Shown here one piece after another: positions 30,256-42,335 of a DNA stretch of 64,000 nucleotides. Origin of the DNA: Candidatus Eiseniibacteriota bacterium (GTDB lineage Bacteria; Eisenbacteria; RBG-16-71-46; JABDJR01); the NCBI GenBank assembly GCA_963762255.1, contig CAVXKA010000002.1:288001-352000 (forward strand), given 5' to 3'. The notes under the pieces were generated by a model. It saw nothing but the letters and a program-made list of their open reading frames with translations. It did no database searches and was not told the DNA's origin. The position numbers were made by a program, and so were the translations under genes. Position 1 is the stretch's first letter; each line of letters opens with the position of its first letter.

Positions 30256-31485
30256 CTACGGCTCCCGGATCGACTGCACGGGATCGAGGAGCGCCGCCTT
30301 CCACGAGGGGTACAGCGTGGCCAGCGAACTCAGCCCGAGCACCACGACCATCACCATCAGCACGTCCAGGGCCTCGATGCGGATGGGGAGCGTGCTGAGG
30401 AAATAAACATCGGGCGGAAGGTTCAAGGGGTAGCGATCCAGCGCCCAGGCGCCGACCAGGCCGAAGACGGTGCCGAGCCCGGTCCCCAGCACCCCGATCT
30501 CCACGCCGTTGGCCATGAAGATGCGCAGAATCGCCCCGTCGCTCGCCCCCATCGACTTGAGGACGCCGATCTCCTTGCGCTTCTCGATGACCATCATGAT
30601 GAGCACGCCCACGATGTTGAACGCGGCCACCAGCACCACCAGGAGCAGGATGAGGCTCATCCCGGCCTTCTCCAGCTTCATCCATACGAAGAGGTTTTCG
30701 TTGAGATCGATCCATGTATTGATCCGGTATGGATATCCGCCAAGCGCCCGCAGCACCTCCGTCTTGAGCCGGGGGGCCTCGAACGGGTCCGCAATCCGCA
30801 CCTCGATGCCGGTGGTCGCCCCCCCCAGCCGGTAGAACTTCTGCGCCTCGCGAACATCGATGAAGGCCAGCGACGAATCGTATTCGTAGAGCCCGGAGGT
30901 GAAGATGCCGGCCACGCGGTGCTTGCGGAGCTTGGGCAAGAGCCCCAGCGGCGACGCCGTGGCGTCGAAGGGCGAGGCCAGCACGACCTCGTCCCCCACC
31001 GACGCGCGCAGCCGGTCGGCGAGGCTCCGCCCCAGGATGATGCCCGGCGCTTCCCCATCCACTGTCCGCAGCGACACCAGCGGCGGGCTCACGTTGTCGG
31101 CCACGGTCGTCACCGCGCGCTCGGCCTCGAGATCGATCCCCTTGACGATCACCCCGTCCGAGCGATCCCCCGCACGCAGCAGACCCTTGCCGTAGACGAA
31201 GGGGGCGACTCCCTCCACCCCCGGCACCGCGGCGATGACCGCGGCGACCGAGTCGGGCCGGGGCACGATGTCCTGGTCGTGGCGCAGCACGATGAGCGCG
31301 GCGTTGGTGCCGACGATCCGCCCGCGCACCTCCTGCTCGAACCCGTTCATCACCGAGAGCACGATGATGAGCACCGCCACCCCGATCGCCACCCCCGCCA
31401 CCGAGATCCAGGTGATGAGCGAGATGAACCCGGTGCGCTTCTTGGAGCGCAGGTAGCGATCGGCGACGAAGAGTTCGAATCGCAT
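30256..31485 (-). CDS. lolE: Lipoprotein-release ABC transporter permease LolC/E
   Basis: RYLRSKKRTGFISLI, VLSVMNGF, VAAFNI, EKRKEIGVLKSMGA, ATLYPSWKAA. Confidence 0.92.
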   Translation of the reverse strand: MRFELFVADRYLRSKKRTGFISLITWISVAGVAIGVAVLIIVLSVMNGFEQEVRGRIVGTNAALIVLRHDQDIVPRPDSVAAVIAAVPGVEGVAPFVYGKGLLRAGDRSDGVIVKGIDLEAERAVTTVADNVSPPLVSLRTVDGEAPGIILGRSLADRLRASVGDEVVLASPFDATASPLGLLPKLRKHRVAGIFTSGLYEYDSSLAFIDVREAQKFYRLGGATTGIEVRIADPFEAPRLKTEVLRALGGYPYRINTWIDLNENLFVWMKLEKAGMSLILLLVVLVAAFNIVGVLIMMVIEKRKEIGVLKSMGASDGAILRIFMANGVEIGVLGTGLGTVFGLVGAWALDRYPLNLPPDVYFLSTLPIRIEALDVLMVMVVVLGLSSLATLYPSWKAALLDPVQSIREP

Positions 31486-31491
31486 GGCGGG

Positions 31492-33012
<1,521 letters not shown>

Positions 33013-33049
33013 GGCCGTCCTTCCCTCATCGTGAACGGGGTCCGCGCCC

Positions 33050-34483
33050 TCAGGCGCTCGCGCCCACCCTCGGCTCCGCCGCCTTCTCCACGGGATCCTC
33101 GTGATGGAGATCCGCATCGCGCAGCGCAACCGGGTAGCGCCCGGTGAAACATGCATAGCAATGATCGGAGGGAGCGCGCACCGAGGCGCGCAACCCCTCC
33201 TCGGAGAGATAGCCCAACGAATCCACCCCGAGCCAGGCCTGGATCGCGTCGTGCGGACGACGCGCCGCGATCAACTCTTCCTTGCGGGGCGTGTCGATAC
33301 CGTAGTAGCAGGGCCCGGTGATGGGCGGGCTCGCCACCCGCAGGTGCACTTCCTTCACGCCGGAGCGGCGCAGGAGCGCGACCAGCTTGCGGCTGGTCGT
33401 GCCGCGCACCACCGAGTCGTCCACGACCACCACGCGCTTGCCTTCTAGGATGGGGCGCACGACGTTGTACTTCACGCGCACCCCCGCCTCGCGCAGGCTC
33501 TGCCCAGGGCGGATGAAGGTGCGTCCGATGTAGTGGTTGCGGATGAGCCCCAACTCGAACGGGATCTTCGACTGCTCGGAATAGCCGAGCGCGGCCGAGT
33601 TGGAGGAGTCGGGCACGGCGATCACGCAGTCCGCCTCGGCGGGATGCTCGACGGCGAGTTGCCTGCCGAGCCGCCGCCGCACGCGGTCCACCGACTCGCC
33701 GAACACGCGGCTGTCCGGCCGCGCGAAGTAGATGAGTTCGAATACGCACTGGTGGAGCGGCGTCGTGGGAAGCCGGCCCACCGTGCGCGGGCCGCCCGGC
33801 TCCAGCGCCACCACCTCGCCGGGCTCCACCTCGCGCACGAACTCCGCTTCGACGATGTCGAAGGCGCAGGTCTCCGAAGCGACGATCCATCCGTCGCCGA
33901 GCCGACCCAGCGCGAGCGGACGGAAACCGTGGCTGTCGCGCGCGGCGTAGACGGCATCGCCCGTCAACGCAACCAGCGAGAAGGCGCCTTCCACCTGGTG
34001 CAGGGCCCCCATGAGACGCCCCTCGAAACTTCCCGCGCGCGAGGCGGCCACGAGGTGCACCATCACCTCGCTGTCGGAGGTGGTCTGAAAGATCGAGCCG
34101 CCTTCCTCCATGCTCTTGCGCAGCGTCCACGCGTTGACGAGTTGCCCGTTGTGGGCCAGAGCGAGATCGCCGCCGTGATAGCTGACCCAGATTGGCTGCG
34201 CGTTGCGAAGGCTGGAGGATCCCTTGGTCGAGTACCGGTTGTGGCCGATGGCAAGCGCGCCGGGGAGCTGCGCGAGCTCGCCTCCCGCGAAGACGTCCGC
34301 AACAAGCCCCATCGCCTTGTGATGGTGGAACTCCCCGCCGTCGGCGGTGACGATGCCGCTCGACTCCTGCCCGCGATGCTGCAGCGCGTAGAGCGCCATG
34401 TAGGCGATCTCCGCCGCCCCCGGAACACCGCACACCCCCACCACTCCGCACTCGTCGTGAAGGTGATCGTCGTCGTGGTCCAC
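33050..34483 (-). CDS. purF: Amidophosphoribosyltransferase
   Basis: Propeptide ..HDE/CGVVG, LQHRGQES, GHNRYST, VVDDSVVRGTTS, PCYYGID. Confidence 0.96.
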   Translation of the reverse strand: MDHDDDHLHDECGVVGVCGVPGAAEIAYMALYALQHRGQESSGIVTADGGEFHHHKAMGLVADVFAGGELAQLPGALAIGHNRYSTKGSSSLRNAQPIWVSYHGGDLALAHNGQLVNAWTLRKSMEEGGSIFQTTSDSEVMVHLVAASRAGSFEGRLMGALHQVEGAFSLVALTGDAVYAARDSHGFRPLALGRLGDGWIVASETCAFDIVEAEFVREVEPGEVVALEPGGPRTVGRLPTTPLHQCVFELIYFARPDSRVFGESVDRVRRRLGRQLAVEHPAEADCVIAVPDSSNSAALGYSEQSKIPFELGLIRNHYIGRTFIRPGQSLREAGVRVKYNVVRPILEGKRVVVVDDSVVRGTTSRKLVALLRRSGVKEVHLRVASPPITGPCYYGIDTPRKEELIAARRPHDAIQAWLGVDSLGYLSEEGLRASVRAPSDHCYACFTGRYPVALRDADLHHEDPVEKAAEPRVGASA

Positions 34484-34514
34484 GTCGGTCCTTTCGTGTG
34501 GCTCGAGAAGCGGA

Positions 34515-35090
34515 CTAGTGTAGCCCATGCGGAGCCGCCGCGCTCTCGCCCCAGAGCGCTCGCACCACCGCCGCCGCGTCCGGCGGATCGCCGAAGATCC
34601 GCACGTCGGCGACATGCGGGTTGGCAAGGAGCCCCCGCCCGCGCTCGCGGGCGACCGCGATCTCCTCGGCGAGGCGCGCGCGCTCGGCGCCCACCCCGGC
34701 AAGATCGAGTTCCCAGAGCGTACCCTTGCGCACGGCTGGCATGCTGCCGCTCACGAGCCCGTGGCGGCGGAGCGTCTCCTCGAGATCGCGCCCCTCCCCC
34801 GCCGTCCAGACCAGCACCCAGACGTTGCCGCGCGGCGAGAGGACGCCCGTACCGACCGCGATTTCCATGCGGTGCTTGTTGGGGTTCAGCAACAGGTTCG
34901 TCTCCCGCGCCAGCCGTTCGAGAATGGGCGCGGCCTCGACCGATTCCCCCCAGCGGAACCCCCACACCTCGGAGCGGCCCACCCCCGCGACCGTGCGGCC
35001 GTAGCCCAGCGCGCGCTGCAACGTCTCGTGCGTCGTGAGCGCGGTGGGATCGTTCACCTTGAGCCAGAGCCGGACCACCGCCTCGGTCAT
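34515..35090 (-). CDS. Double-length PurS-like protein
   Basis: Between purQ and purF; two halves end in LLNP and LLANP; N-terminal LKVNDP resembles PurS. Confidence 0.65.
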   Translation of the reverse strand: MTEAVVRLWLKVNDPTALTTHETLQRALGYGRTVAGVGRSEVWGFRWGESVEAAPILERLARETNLLLNPNKHRMEIAVGTGVLSPRGNVWVLVWTAGEGRDLEETLRRHGLVSGSMPAVRKGTLWELDLAGVGAERARLAEEIAVARERGRGLLANPHVADVRIFGDPPDAAAVVRALWGESAAAPHGLH

Positions 35091-35953
35091 GACTTCCCCT
35101 CCCGGGCGCCGCCCCAGCGTAGATAGTCCGAGAGCGACTGGAAGATCTTGAACCCGGGGCCGGGCCCGTCGAGCAGCTCGCGGCGCCGGGACGCGTCGCG
35201 GCGGCGCTCCCCCCACGGGCCGGGAAGCGTGTCCGGCACGTTGCGCAGCCGCGCCGCCCGTTCGGGATGCGGCATGAACGCCAGCACGTTCCCGGCGGGA
35301 TTGGTCATTCCCGCCGCGCCGAAGAGGGAACCGTTGGGATTGAACGGGAAGGAGGGATCGTCGTCCCCGTCGGGGGTTACGTAGCGCAACGGCACCTGGC
35401 CGTTCTCCATCCACTCGGCGAAGCGCTCGCGATCGCGCACGGTGAATCGGCCCTGCGCGTGGGCCACCGGCACCGGCACGATCTCGCCGTCCTCGAAGCG
35501 CGAGGTGAACGCGGTCTCTCGCCCCTCCTTCACGACGCGCACGTGCACCCACGCGCAGTAGTAGCCCTTCCATCCTGCGGCGTTCTCGGCGAGGGCGGTC
35601 TCCACGAATCCGGGGCGCACGCCTGGCACGAGTCCGGCCTCGACCAGAACCTGGGCGCCGTTGCAGATCCCGAGGACGGGCTTGCCCGCCTCGGCGGCGG
35701 CCGCCACGACGTCCAGCGCCTTCACCTTGGCCGCCACCGCTCCGGCGCGGATGCGGTCTTCGTAGGAGAACCCGCCCGGGATCACGTACGCGTCGAACCC
35801 CTCGAGATCCTCTGCGGGGCGGTTCCAGCGGAAGATCTCTGCGTCGAGTTCCGCGCGCTCGAGCACGGCGCGCGTTTCGTACTCGCAGTTCACGCCGGGG
35901 AGCTGGAGCACCGCCACTCTCGGCCAGGGCTCATCGAGAAGTCGCGCGCTCAT
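35087..35953 (-). CDS. purQ: FGAM synthase glutaminase subunit
   Basis: PGVNCE, PGGFSYED, LGICNGAQ, FMPHPER. Confidence 0.95.
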   Translation of the reverse strand: MSARLLDEPWPRVAVLQLPGVNCEYETRAVLERAELDAEIFRWNRPAEDLEGFDAYVIPGGFSYEDRIRAGAVAAKVKALDVVAAAAEAGKPVLGICNGAQVLVEAGLVPGVRPGFVETALAENAAGWKGYYCAWVHVRVVKEGRETAFTSRFEDGEIVPVPVAHAQGRFTVRDRERFAEWMENGQVPLRYVTPDGDDDPSFPFNPNGSLFGAAGMTNPAGNVLAFMPHPERAARLRNVPDTLPGPWGERRRDASRRRELLDGPGPGFKIFQSLSDYLRWGGAREGKS

Positions 35954-38304
35954 CGCAACAGGTCCCCCAGCGCCGCCTCGCGGCGCGCTTCGAGGCGCTC
36001 GAGATCCAGATCGATCACCGAATCGCCGCCGCACGCGATCTCCAACTTCCGGTTTCCGCGCACGCTCCCCACCCGCTCCGCTTCGGCGCCGTGCTCGCCG
36101 CAGAGCGCGAGCAGCGCTTCCAGATGCTTCTCGTCGGTCTCGATCAGGAACCCGCCCGTTTCACTGAACAGGAACTCGTCGGGGCGCAGCCCCTGCGGGC
36201 GCGCCTCCAACTCGAGCTTGATGCCGCGCCCGCCAAGCAGCGCCATTTCCGCCGCCGCCGTCGCGAGCCCCCCCTCCGAGATGTCGTGCGCCGAGCGCAC
36301 CAGTCCGCGCTCCACCGATTGCAGGAGCGCGCCGATCTCCGCGCGCACGTCGCCGAACACGATGCGGGGAGGCGAGCCCCCCTCGACGCCCCGCGATCGC
36401 CAGTACGCGGAGCCGCCCATCTCGCGCCGCCGGCGCCCGACCAGCACCAACGCGTTCCCCTCCTCCTTCAAAGCGGGCGTGATCGTGTGCGCGTAGTTCT
36501 CGAGCACGCCGAAACAAGCCACGATCGGCGACGGAGGTATGCCCCGCCCGCGTGCGGACTGGTTGTAGAACGATACGTTGCCGCTCACCACCGGCAGCGC
36601 GACCCCCTCCTCGTTGACGATGCCGATCTCGCGAGCGGCGTCGCCGACGCCGCGCACCCCGTCGCGGAACTGCCGGAAGACCTCCGGGTCTTCGGGGTTG
36701 CCGTAGTTAAGGCAATCCGTGAGGCACCACGGGAGCGCGCCCACCGCGGCCACGTTGCGCATCGACTCCGCCACCGCGCCCGCGCCTCCCTGGTAGGGAT
36801 CCAACTCTCCATGGAACGGATTGCCGTCCACGCTCACCGCCAGCGCCACCGCACAGCCCTCGATGGGCAGGAGAAGCCCGGCGTCGGCCTCGCCGGGGCG
36901 GATCAAGGCTCGCCCCTGCACTTCGGTGTCGTAGTGGCGATAGATCGCGGCGCGCGAGGCGAGGTCTGCCCCGGTCAAGAGCGCGGCCAGCACATCGTCG
37001 AGGTCGGCGGGCGCCGCAGGCTCAGGTTCCTGCGATGCGGGCGGGGCGGGAGCGGCGACCCGCTCGTATCGAATCCCCTCGGTGATCGTCTCCACCGTGG
37101 TCGCGCACACCTCTTCGCCGGCGTGGGTCGCGCGATAGAGCGTGTCCTCGGTGCGCACCCGCCCGATCACCTGCGCGCGCGCACCCGGATAGAGATGCGG
37201 CAGCTCGAAATCGACGTTGTAGATCTGCAAGACCTTCTGCGCCCAGCGCTGCGGCACCACCCAGCAGTAGCGCTCCTGCGTCTCCGAGCAGGCGACGACC
37301 TCGGGCGGGAACGGCCCGCCGTCCTGCGCCGCGGAGGTCGAGTTCGATCTCCGCGCCGAAACCTCCCGCGGCGGCGAGTTCGCTGGTGGCGCAGGCGATG
37401 CCCCCAGCGCCCAGGTCCTTGAAGCCCACCGCGAATCCTTCGGTCCGCGCCAGCTCGAACACGCTCCGGTTGGCCTCGGTGAGCACGCGCTTGAGGAAAG
37501 GATCCGGCACCTGCACCGCGCCCTTGTTGGATTCCGCCTCGGCCTCGTCGAGCACGGCGGAGGCGAAGGACGCGCCGCCGAAGCCGGAGGCGTCGGTGGG
37601 CTTGCCCACCAGCACGAAGACGTAGGGCTCCTGTCGCGCTTCGGCCGGGACGCGGCTGCGCACCACGTCGCGCTCGCGCACGATGCCCACCGCGACGACG
37701 TTGACCAGGCAGTTGTCGTCGAAGCCGGGATGGAACGCAACGTCGCCGCCCAGGTTGGGCACGCCGAGCGCGTTGGCGTAGTGCCAGATGCCGTCGACGA
37801 CGCCGTTGGCGATCTCGCGCGAGCGCTCGCCGTGCGGTCCGTCCAGGGTCGCCGAAGCGCAGCGCGTCGAGGACGCCGATCACCTCCGCGCCCATGCAGT
37901 AGACGTCGCGCACGATGCCGCCGATCCCGGTGGCCGCGCCCTCGAACGGCACGACCTGCGAGGGATGGTTGTGGCTCTCGTGGCCCACCACCAGCGCCCA
38001 GCGCTCGCCCTTGAACGTGCGTGAAGTAGACGATGCCCGCGTCCTCGCCGGGCCCGATGATGACGTGCGGCGCCTCGGTGGGGAGAAATGCCTTGAGCGC
38101 GCCCCGGCTCGACTTGTAGGAGCAGTGCTCGCTCCAGAGCGTGTCGAAGAGGACCGCTTCGGTGCGCGAGGGGTTGCGGCCGAGAAGCGCGGCCACGCGG
38201 CGTGCCTCGTCGGGGGTGAGGCGAAGGCCCTCCCGCGAGAGCCGCTCCCGCAGTACGCGGCGTCGGTCAAGATCGGCGAACGGCACCGTCGGGCTCGTCG
38301 TCAA
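35950..38304 (-). CDS. purL: FGAM synthase subunit PurL (3 apparent frameshifts near 38020, 37845, 37330)
   Basis: [58 protein letters not shown], spread over three frames. Confidence 0.92.
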   Translation of the reverse strand: MTTSPTVPFADLDRRRVLRERLSREGLRLTPDEARRVAALLGRNPSRTEAVLFDTLWSEHCSYKSSRGALKAFLPTEAPHVIIGPGEDAGIVYFTHVQGRALGAGGGPREPQPSLAGRAVRGRGHRDRRHRARRLLHGRGGDRRPRRAALRRPWTDRTASARARSPTASSTASGTTPTRSACPTWAATLRSIPASTTTAWSTSSRWASCASATWCAAASRPKRDRSPTSSCWWASPPTPPASAARPSPPPCSTRPRRNPTRARCRCRILSSSACSPRPTGACSSWRGPKDSRWASRTWALGASPAPPANSPPREVSARRSNSTSAAQDGGPFPPEVVACSETQERYCWVVPQRWAQKVLQIYNVDFELPHLYPGARAQVIGRVRTEDTLYRATHAGEEVCATTVETITEGIRYERVAAPAPPASQEPEPAAPADLDDVLAALLTGADLASRAAIYRHYDTEVQGRALIRPGEADAGLLLPIEGCAVALAVSVDGNPFHGELDPYQGGAGAVAESMRNVAAVGALPWCLTDCLNYGNPEDPEVFRQFRDGVRGVGDAAREIGIVNEEGVALPVVSGNVSFYNQSARGRGIPPSPIVACFGVLENYAHTITPALKEEGNALVLVGRRRREMGGSAYWRSRGVEGGSPPRIVFGDVRAEIGALLQSVERGLVRSAHDISEGGLATAAAEMALLGGRGIKLELEARPQGLRPDEFLFSETGGFLIETDEKHLEALLALCGEHGAEAERVGSVRGNRKLEIACGGDSVIDLDLERLEARREAALGDLLR

Positions 38305-39608
38305 GCCTCCTCCCCCAGCACGCGCTCGAAGATCTGGTCCTACGTTGCGCAGGTTGTACGAGAGGTCGAAGATGTCGTCCACTTCGGCGGCGCCGAGCGC
38401 GCCGAGGACGCGCGGATCCTCGCGCACGCGCTCGCGGAACGTCGGCCCTCCCTCCCAGGCGGCCAGCGCGTTCTCCTGCACGATCGCGTAGGCGTCCTCC
38501 CGCCGCATGCCGCGGACGGGTCAGCTCGAGGAGGAGCCGCTGCGAGAACACGAGCCCGCCGGTGCGCTCCAGGTTCTCCATCATGCGCTCGGGGTAGACC
38601 ACGAGCCCCTCCATCACCTGCGTCATCAGGGCGAGCTGGTAGTCCACGAGGAGGAAGCTGTCGGGAAAGATCACGCGCTCGACCGAGGAGTGGGTGATGT
38701 CCCGCTCGTGCCACAGGGCCACGTTTTCGAGCGCGGCCATCGCGTTGCCCCGGACCACGCCGCGCGAGCCCGGCCACCCGCTCGCAGGTGATCGGGTTGC
38801 GCTTGTGCGGCATCGCGCTCGAGCCCTTCTGTCCCTTGGTGAAGGGCTCCTCCGCCTCCAGGATCTCGGTGCGCTGGAGGTTGCGGATCTCGGTGGCGAA
38901 CTTCTCGAGGCTCGCCGAGAGATTGGCCAGAGCGCGAGCATCATCGCCGCGTGCCGGTCGCGCTGGATGACCTGGGTGGAGACCGGAGCGGGGCTCAGCC
39001 CCAGCCGGTGGCAGACGAACTCCTCGACGCGCGGGTCGAGGTGGCTGAACGTGCCGACCGCGCCGGAGATCTTCCCGACGCGAGATGCCGCCGACGGCCT
39101 CCAGCAGTCGATCTTCCTGCCGCCCCAGCTCCGCGTACCAGAGGAGCATCTTGAGCCCGAAGGTCGTGGGCTCGGCGTGCACGCCGTGGCTGCGGCCGAC
39201 CATGGCGGTGTCGCGATGCGCCTCGGCCTGCGCCCGCACGACGGCGGCCAGCGCGCGCACCCCGGCGCGCACGAGCATGGCCGCGCGGCGCGTGGTGAGC
39301 GCGAGCGCGGTGTCGAGGAGATCGGAGGAGGTCATGCCGAAGTGCAGCCAGCGGCTCTCGTCGCCGAGACGCTCGGAGATCGAGGTGAGGAAGGCGATCA
39401 CGTCGTGCTTGAGCGTCGCCTCCAGCGCCGCCGCCCGCGCGGGGTCGATCACCGCGCGCTCGCGAATGCGCGCGGCGGTGCCCGCCGGCGCCTCGTCGTA
39501 GCGCTCCAACGCCTCCACGACCGCCAGCTCGACTTCGAGCCAGGTGCGGAGCTTCTCCTCCTCCGACCAGAGGCGGGCCATCTCGGGGCGGCAATAGCGC
39601 TCGATCAT
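38301..39608 (-). CDS. purB: Adenylosuccinate lyase (about 5 apparent frameshifts)
   Basis: MIERY, GRSHGVHAEPTTFG, GKISGAVG, GSSAMPHKRNP, WHERDITHSSVER across frames. Confidence 0.92.
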
Positions 39609-40775
39609 GACTGTCCTCGCTGCTCTTGAGGCAACGGCTCGAGGGTCACCGGGATCTCCACCATGGCTCCCCCTGACCGCTCCACCCGGAAGGTGATCGT
39701 GTCTCCGACCCGCGCGCCGAAGATGGACCGGCGCGCCTCGGTGGCGTTCTCGACCTGGTGGCCGTTCACCGAGCGGATGACGTCCCCGAGCCGCAATCCC
39801 GCGCGGTCGGCGGGAGAGTTGCGTTCGAGGCTCCATACCACGAGGCCGGCGGCGCGTCCGCACCCCGAGCTGGTCGGCCAGCGGACCGGTCAGGGGCTGC
39901 ACCGCGATCCCCACCCACACGCCGCGCACGTGACCGTAGAGGATGAGTTCCTCGGCCGCGCCCAGCGCGATGCTGATGGGGATGGCGAAGCCGATGCCCA
40001 CCGAGCCTCCCGCGGGGCTGAAGATGAAGGTGTTGATCCCCACCACCTCGCCGTCCGCGTTCACCAGCGGGCCGCCCGAGTTTCCGGGGTTGATGGCGGC
40101 GTCGGTCTGGATCATGTCCTTGTAGATCGCCTCCCCCTCGCCGTAGCGCACGTCGCGATGGAGCGCGCTCACCACACCCACCGTCACCGAGGGGCGGGGA
40201 TCGAGGAGGTTGCCGAAGGGATTCCCAAGCGCCACCACCCATTCCCCCACCATGAGATCGTCGGCGCTGGCGATGGGAGCGGTCTCGAAGACATGGGACC
40301 CCTGCTGCTTCACCTTGATCACCGCGAGGTCGTACTTGGCATCGGTGCCCACCACCTCGGCTTCGAACTCCCGCCCGTCGGGGAGCGTCACCCAGATCTG
40401 CACGGCGTTGCCGACGAGATGATGGTTGGTGAGGAAGAAGCCCTTGGAGTCGAGCACGATTCCCGAACCGAAACGGGGAACGTACTCGGAATGGAAGGTG
40501 GGCGCGTCGGGGAAGAAACGCTGAAAGTAATCCTGCGCGCGCGGATCGACTCCGGCCACGACCTGCCGTTCGAGCGCGATCACGCTCACCACCGAGGGGG
40601 CCACGATCTCCGAGGCTCGCACGATGGCGGTTCGGCGCGTCTCGCCCACGTCGGACCCCGGTCGCGCACCGGGGAGCCCCCCATCGCGCCGGCCGAGCAC
40701 GATGCCCAGGCCGAGGGCGGCGGCCACCAGAAGGCCCAGGACTACCCCGAAGAGCAAAGCCCACCGTGTCCTCAT
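39605..40775 (-). CDS. HtrA/DegP-like serine protease with PDZ domain (frameshift near 39850)
   Basis: N-terminal TM, TNHH, DLAVIK, IQTDAAINPGNSGGPL; PDZ (SPADRAGLRLGDVI) in a shifted frame. Confidence 0.9.
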
Positions 40776-41592
40776 CAGCGTCCCGTCTCCTTTGCATCCG
40801 CCCCGGATCCCAGCCCCGCAAGCGCGGCCACCCGCGCGGCGCGATCCGTCGGCTCCTCGCCGGGGTAGCGCACCTCGGTGAGGTAGAGGCCTTCCGGCGG
40901 CGCCGGTGGCGCGGCCGCGTCCCGACCGCGCCGCTCCAGCACGCGCGCGAGGTGCCCCTCCGTTTCTCCGTTTTCCCAACCCGCGATCAGCGTGCCGGCC
41001 AGCGTGCGCACCATCCCCCACAAGAACCGATTCGCGCGGACGGCCAGGATCGCGCCATCCTCATGGACCAGCCAGCGTCCGGCGTGAATCGCGCACACCA
41101 TGCTCGTCGTCTCCGCTCCGCGCGCGCGCCAGCGACGTGCAGTCGCGCTCCCCGGTCAAGGCCGCCAGCTCTCCCGCGGCCCAGTCCGGATCGGGCAAAC
41201 GCCGCGGCGACCACCGTCGTCCTCGGAAGAACGGGTCGACCGTTCCGGCGAACGCGTAGTGATACGTTCTCGAAATCGCCCCATACCTGGCGTGAAATTC
41301 CGCATCCACGCGGGTGACCGCAAGAATCCGAAGATCCTCCGGCGAGAGCGCGCCGAGCGCCCGCTGCAGATCCTCGCGCGTCCCATTCCTTGTCGAGATC
41401 GACATGGGCCACGTTGGCCAGGGCGTGCACCCCGGCGTCGGTGCGGCCCGCGCCGGTCGGTCGCGCCCGCATCCCGAGTCGCTCCAGCGCCCCGGTCAGG
41501 GTTCCCTGAACGGTTCGCCGGTCCGGCTGCACCTGCCAGCCCGCAAAGCCGGCGCCATCGTACTCAAGGTCCAGGCGATACCGCCACCCCAT
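40775..41592 (-). CDS. truA: tRNA pseudouridine synthase A (2 apparent frameshifts)
   Basis: [40 protein letters not shown]. Confidence 0.92.
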
Positions 41593-42335
41593 CAGGGTCG
41601 CCCCAGACCGTAGACGCCGAGCGCCGTCGCGGCCACCAGGCCCCAGTCGAGCGCCCCCAGTCGGAAGCCGTGCGCGAAGCTCCGCTCACGATCCGGGCGA
41701 TAGCCGCGCAGGGTGAGCGCCAGCGCGAGCGCCTCGGCGCGCTCCACCACGAGGAGCACCCACACCGGACCGAGACCGGCCACCCGGCGCACGCCGCTCC
41801 ACCCGCGCCTGGGCCCTTGCCGCAGACGATCCACGTCGAGAAGTCGTCGCGCCTCCCCCAACAGGAGGGGAAGCATCCGCAGCGAGAGCACGATCGGCAG
41901 GAGCGCGCGGTGAGCGCGGCGGCGAAGTCCGGGAATGCCGCGCACGCTCCACTCCAGGCTGGAAGCCAGTTCCAGCGTGCGCGTGGTGGCCGCCGCCCAC
42001 GAGGCGACCGCGGTGAGCGCGGCGAGCCGGGCTCCCTGCGCGAGGCCGGCCGCGATCCCCTCGCGCGTGGGGCGTGCCCACCGGAGCATCTCGGGGCCGA
42101 GCCGCTCTCCGGAGATGAGGAACGCGTTCGCAAGAAGGCTCAGAAGCCAGAGCACGGCGACCGCGCGAAGTGCGGCCAGGAGTCGGGCCCGGCCCAGCCC
42201 CGCGGTCAGGAGGAGCAACCCGGCCACAGGGAGAGCCGCAAGGACGCGCGGCCCCGGCGCGACCGCCAGCGCGAAGCTCAGCGCGACCGCGGCGAGCACC
42301 TTGGCTCGCGGATCCCGGGCGCGCCAGAAGGTCAC
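41592..42335 (-). CDS. ecfT: ECF transporter transmembrane component T (CbiQ-like)
   Basis: [38 protein letters not shown]; directly upstream of truA. Confidence 0.8.
   Translation of the reverse strand: MTFWRARDPRAKVLAAVALSFALAVAPGPRVLAALPVAGLLLLTAGLGRARLLAALRAVAVLWLLSLLANAFLISGERLGPEMLRWARPTREGIAAGLAQGARLAALTAVASWAAATTRTLELASSLEWSVRGIPGLRRRAHRALLPIVLSLRMLPLLLGEARRLLDVDRLRQGPRRGWSGVRRVAGLGPVWVLLVVERAEALALALTLRGYRPDRERSFAHGFRLGALDWGLVAATALGVYGLGRP

Noticed and set aside
38340-41021. HtrA-PurB fusion ORF (893 aa)
   Set aside because: Produced by a frameshift near 39850; the PDZ tail and stop are in another frame overlapping the purB ATG.
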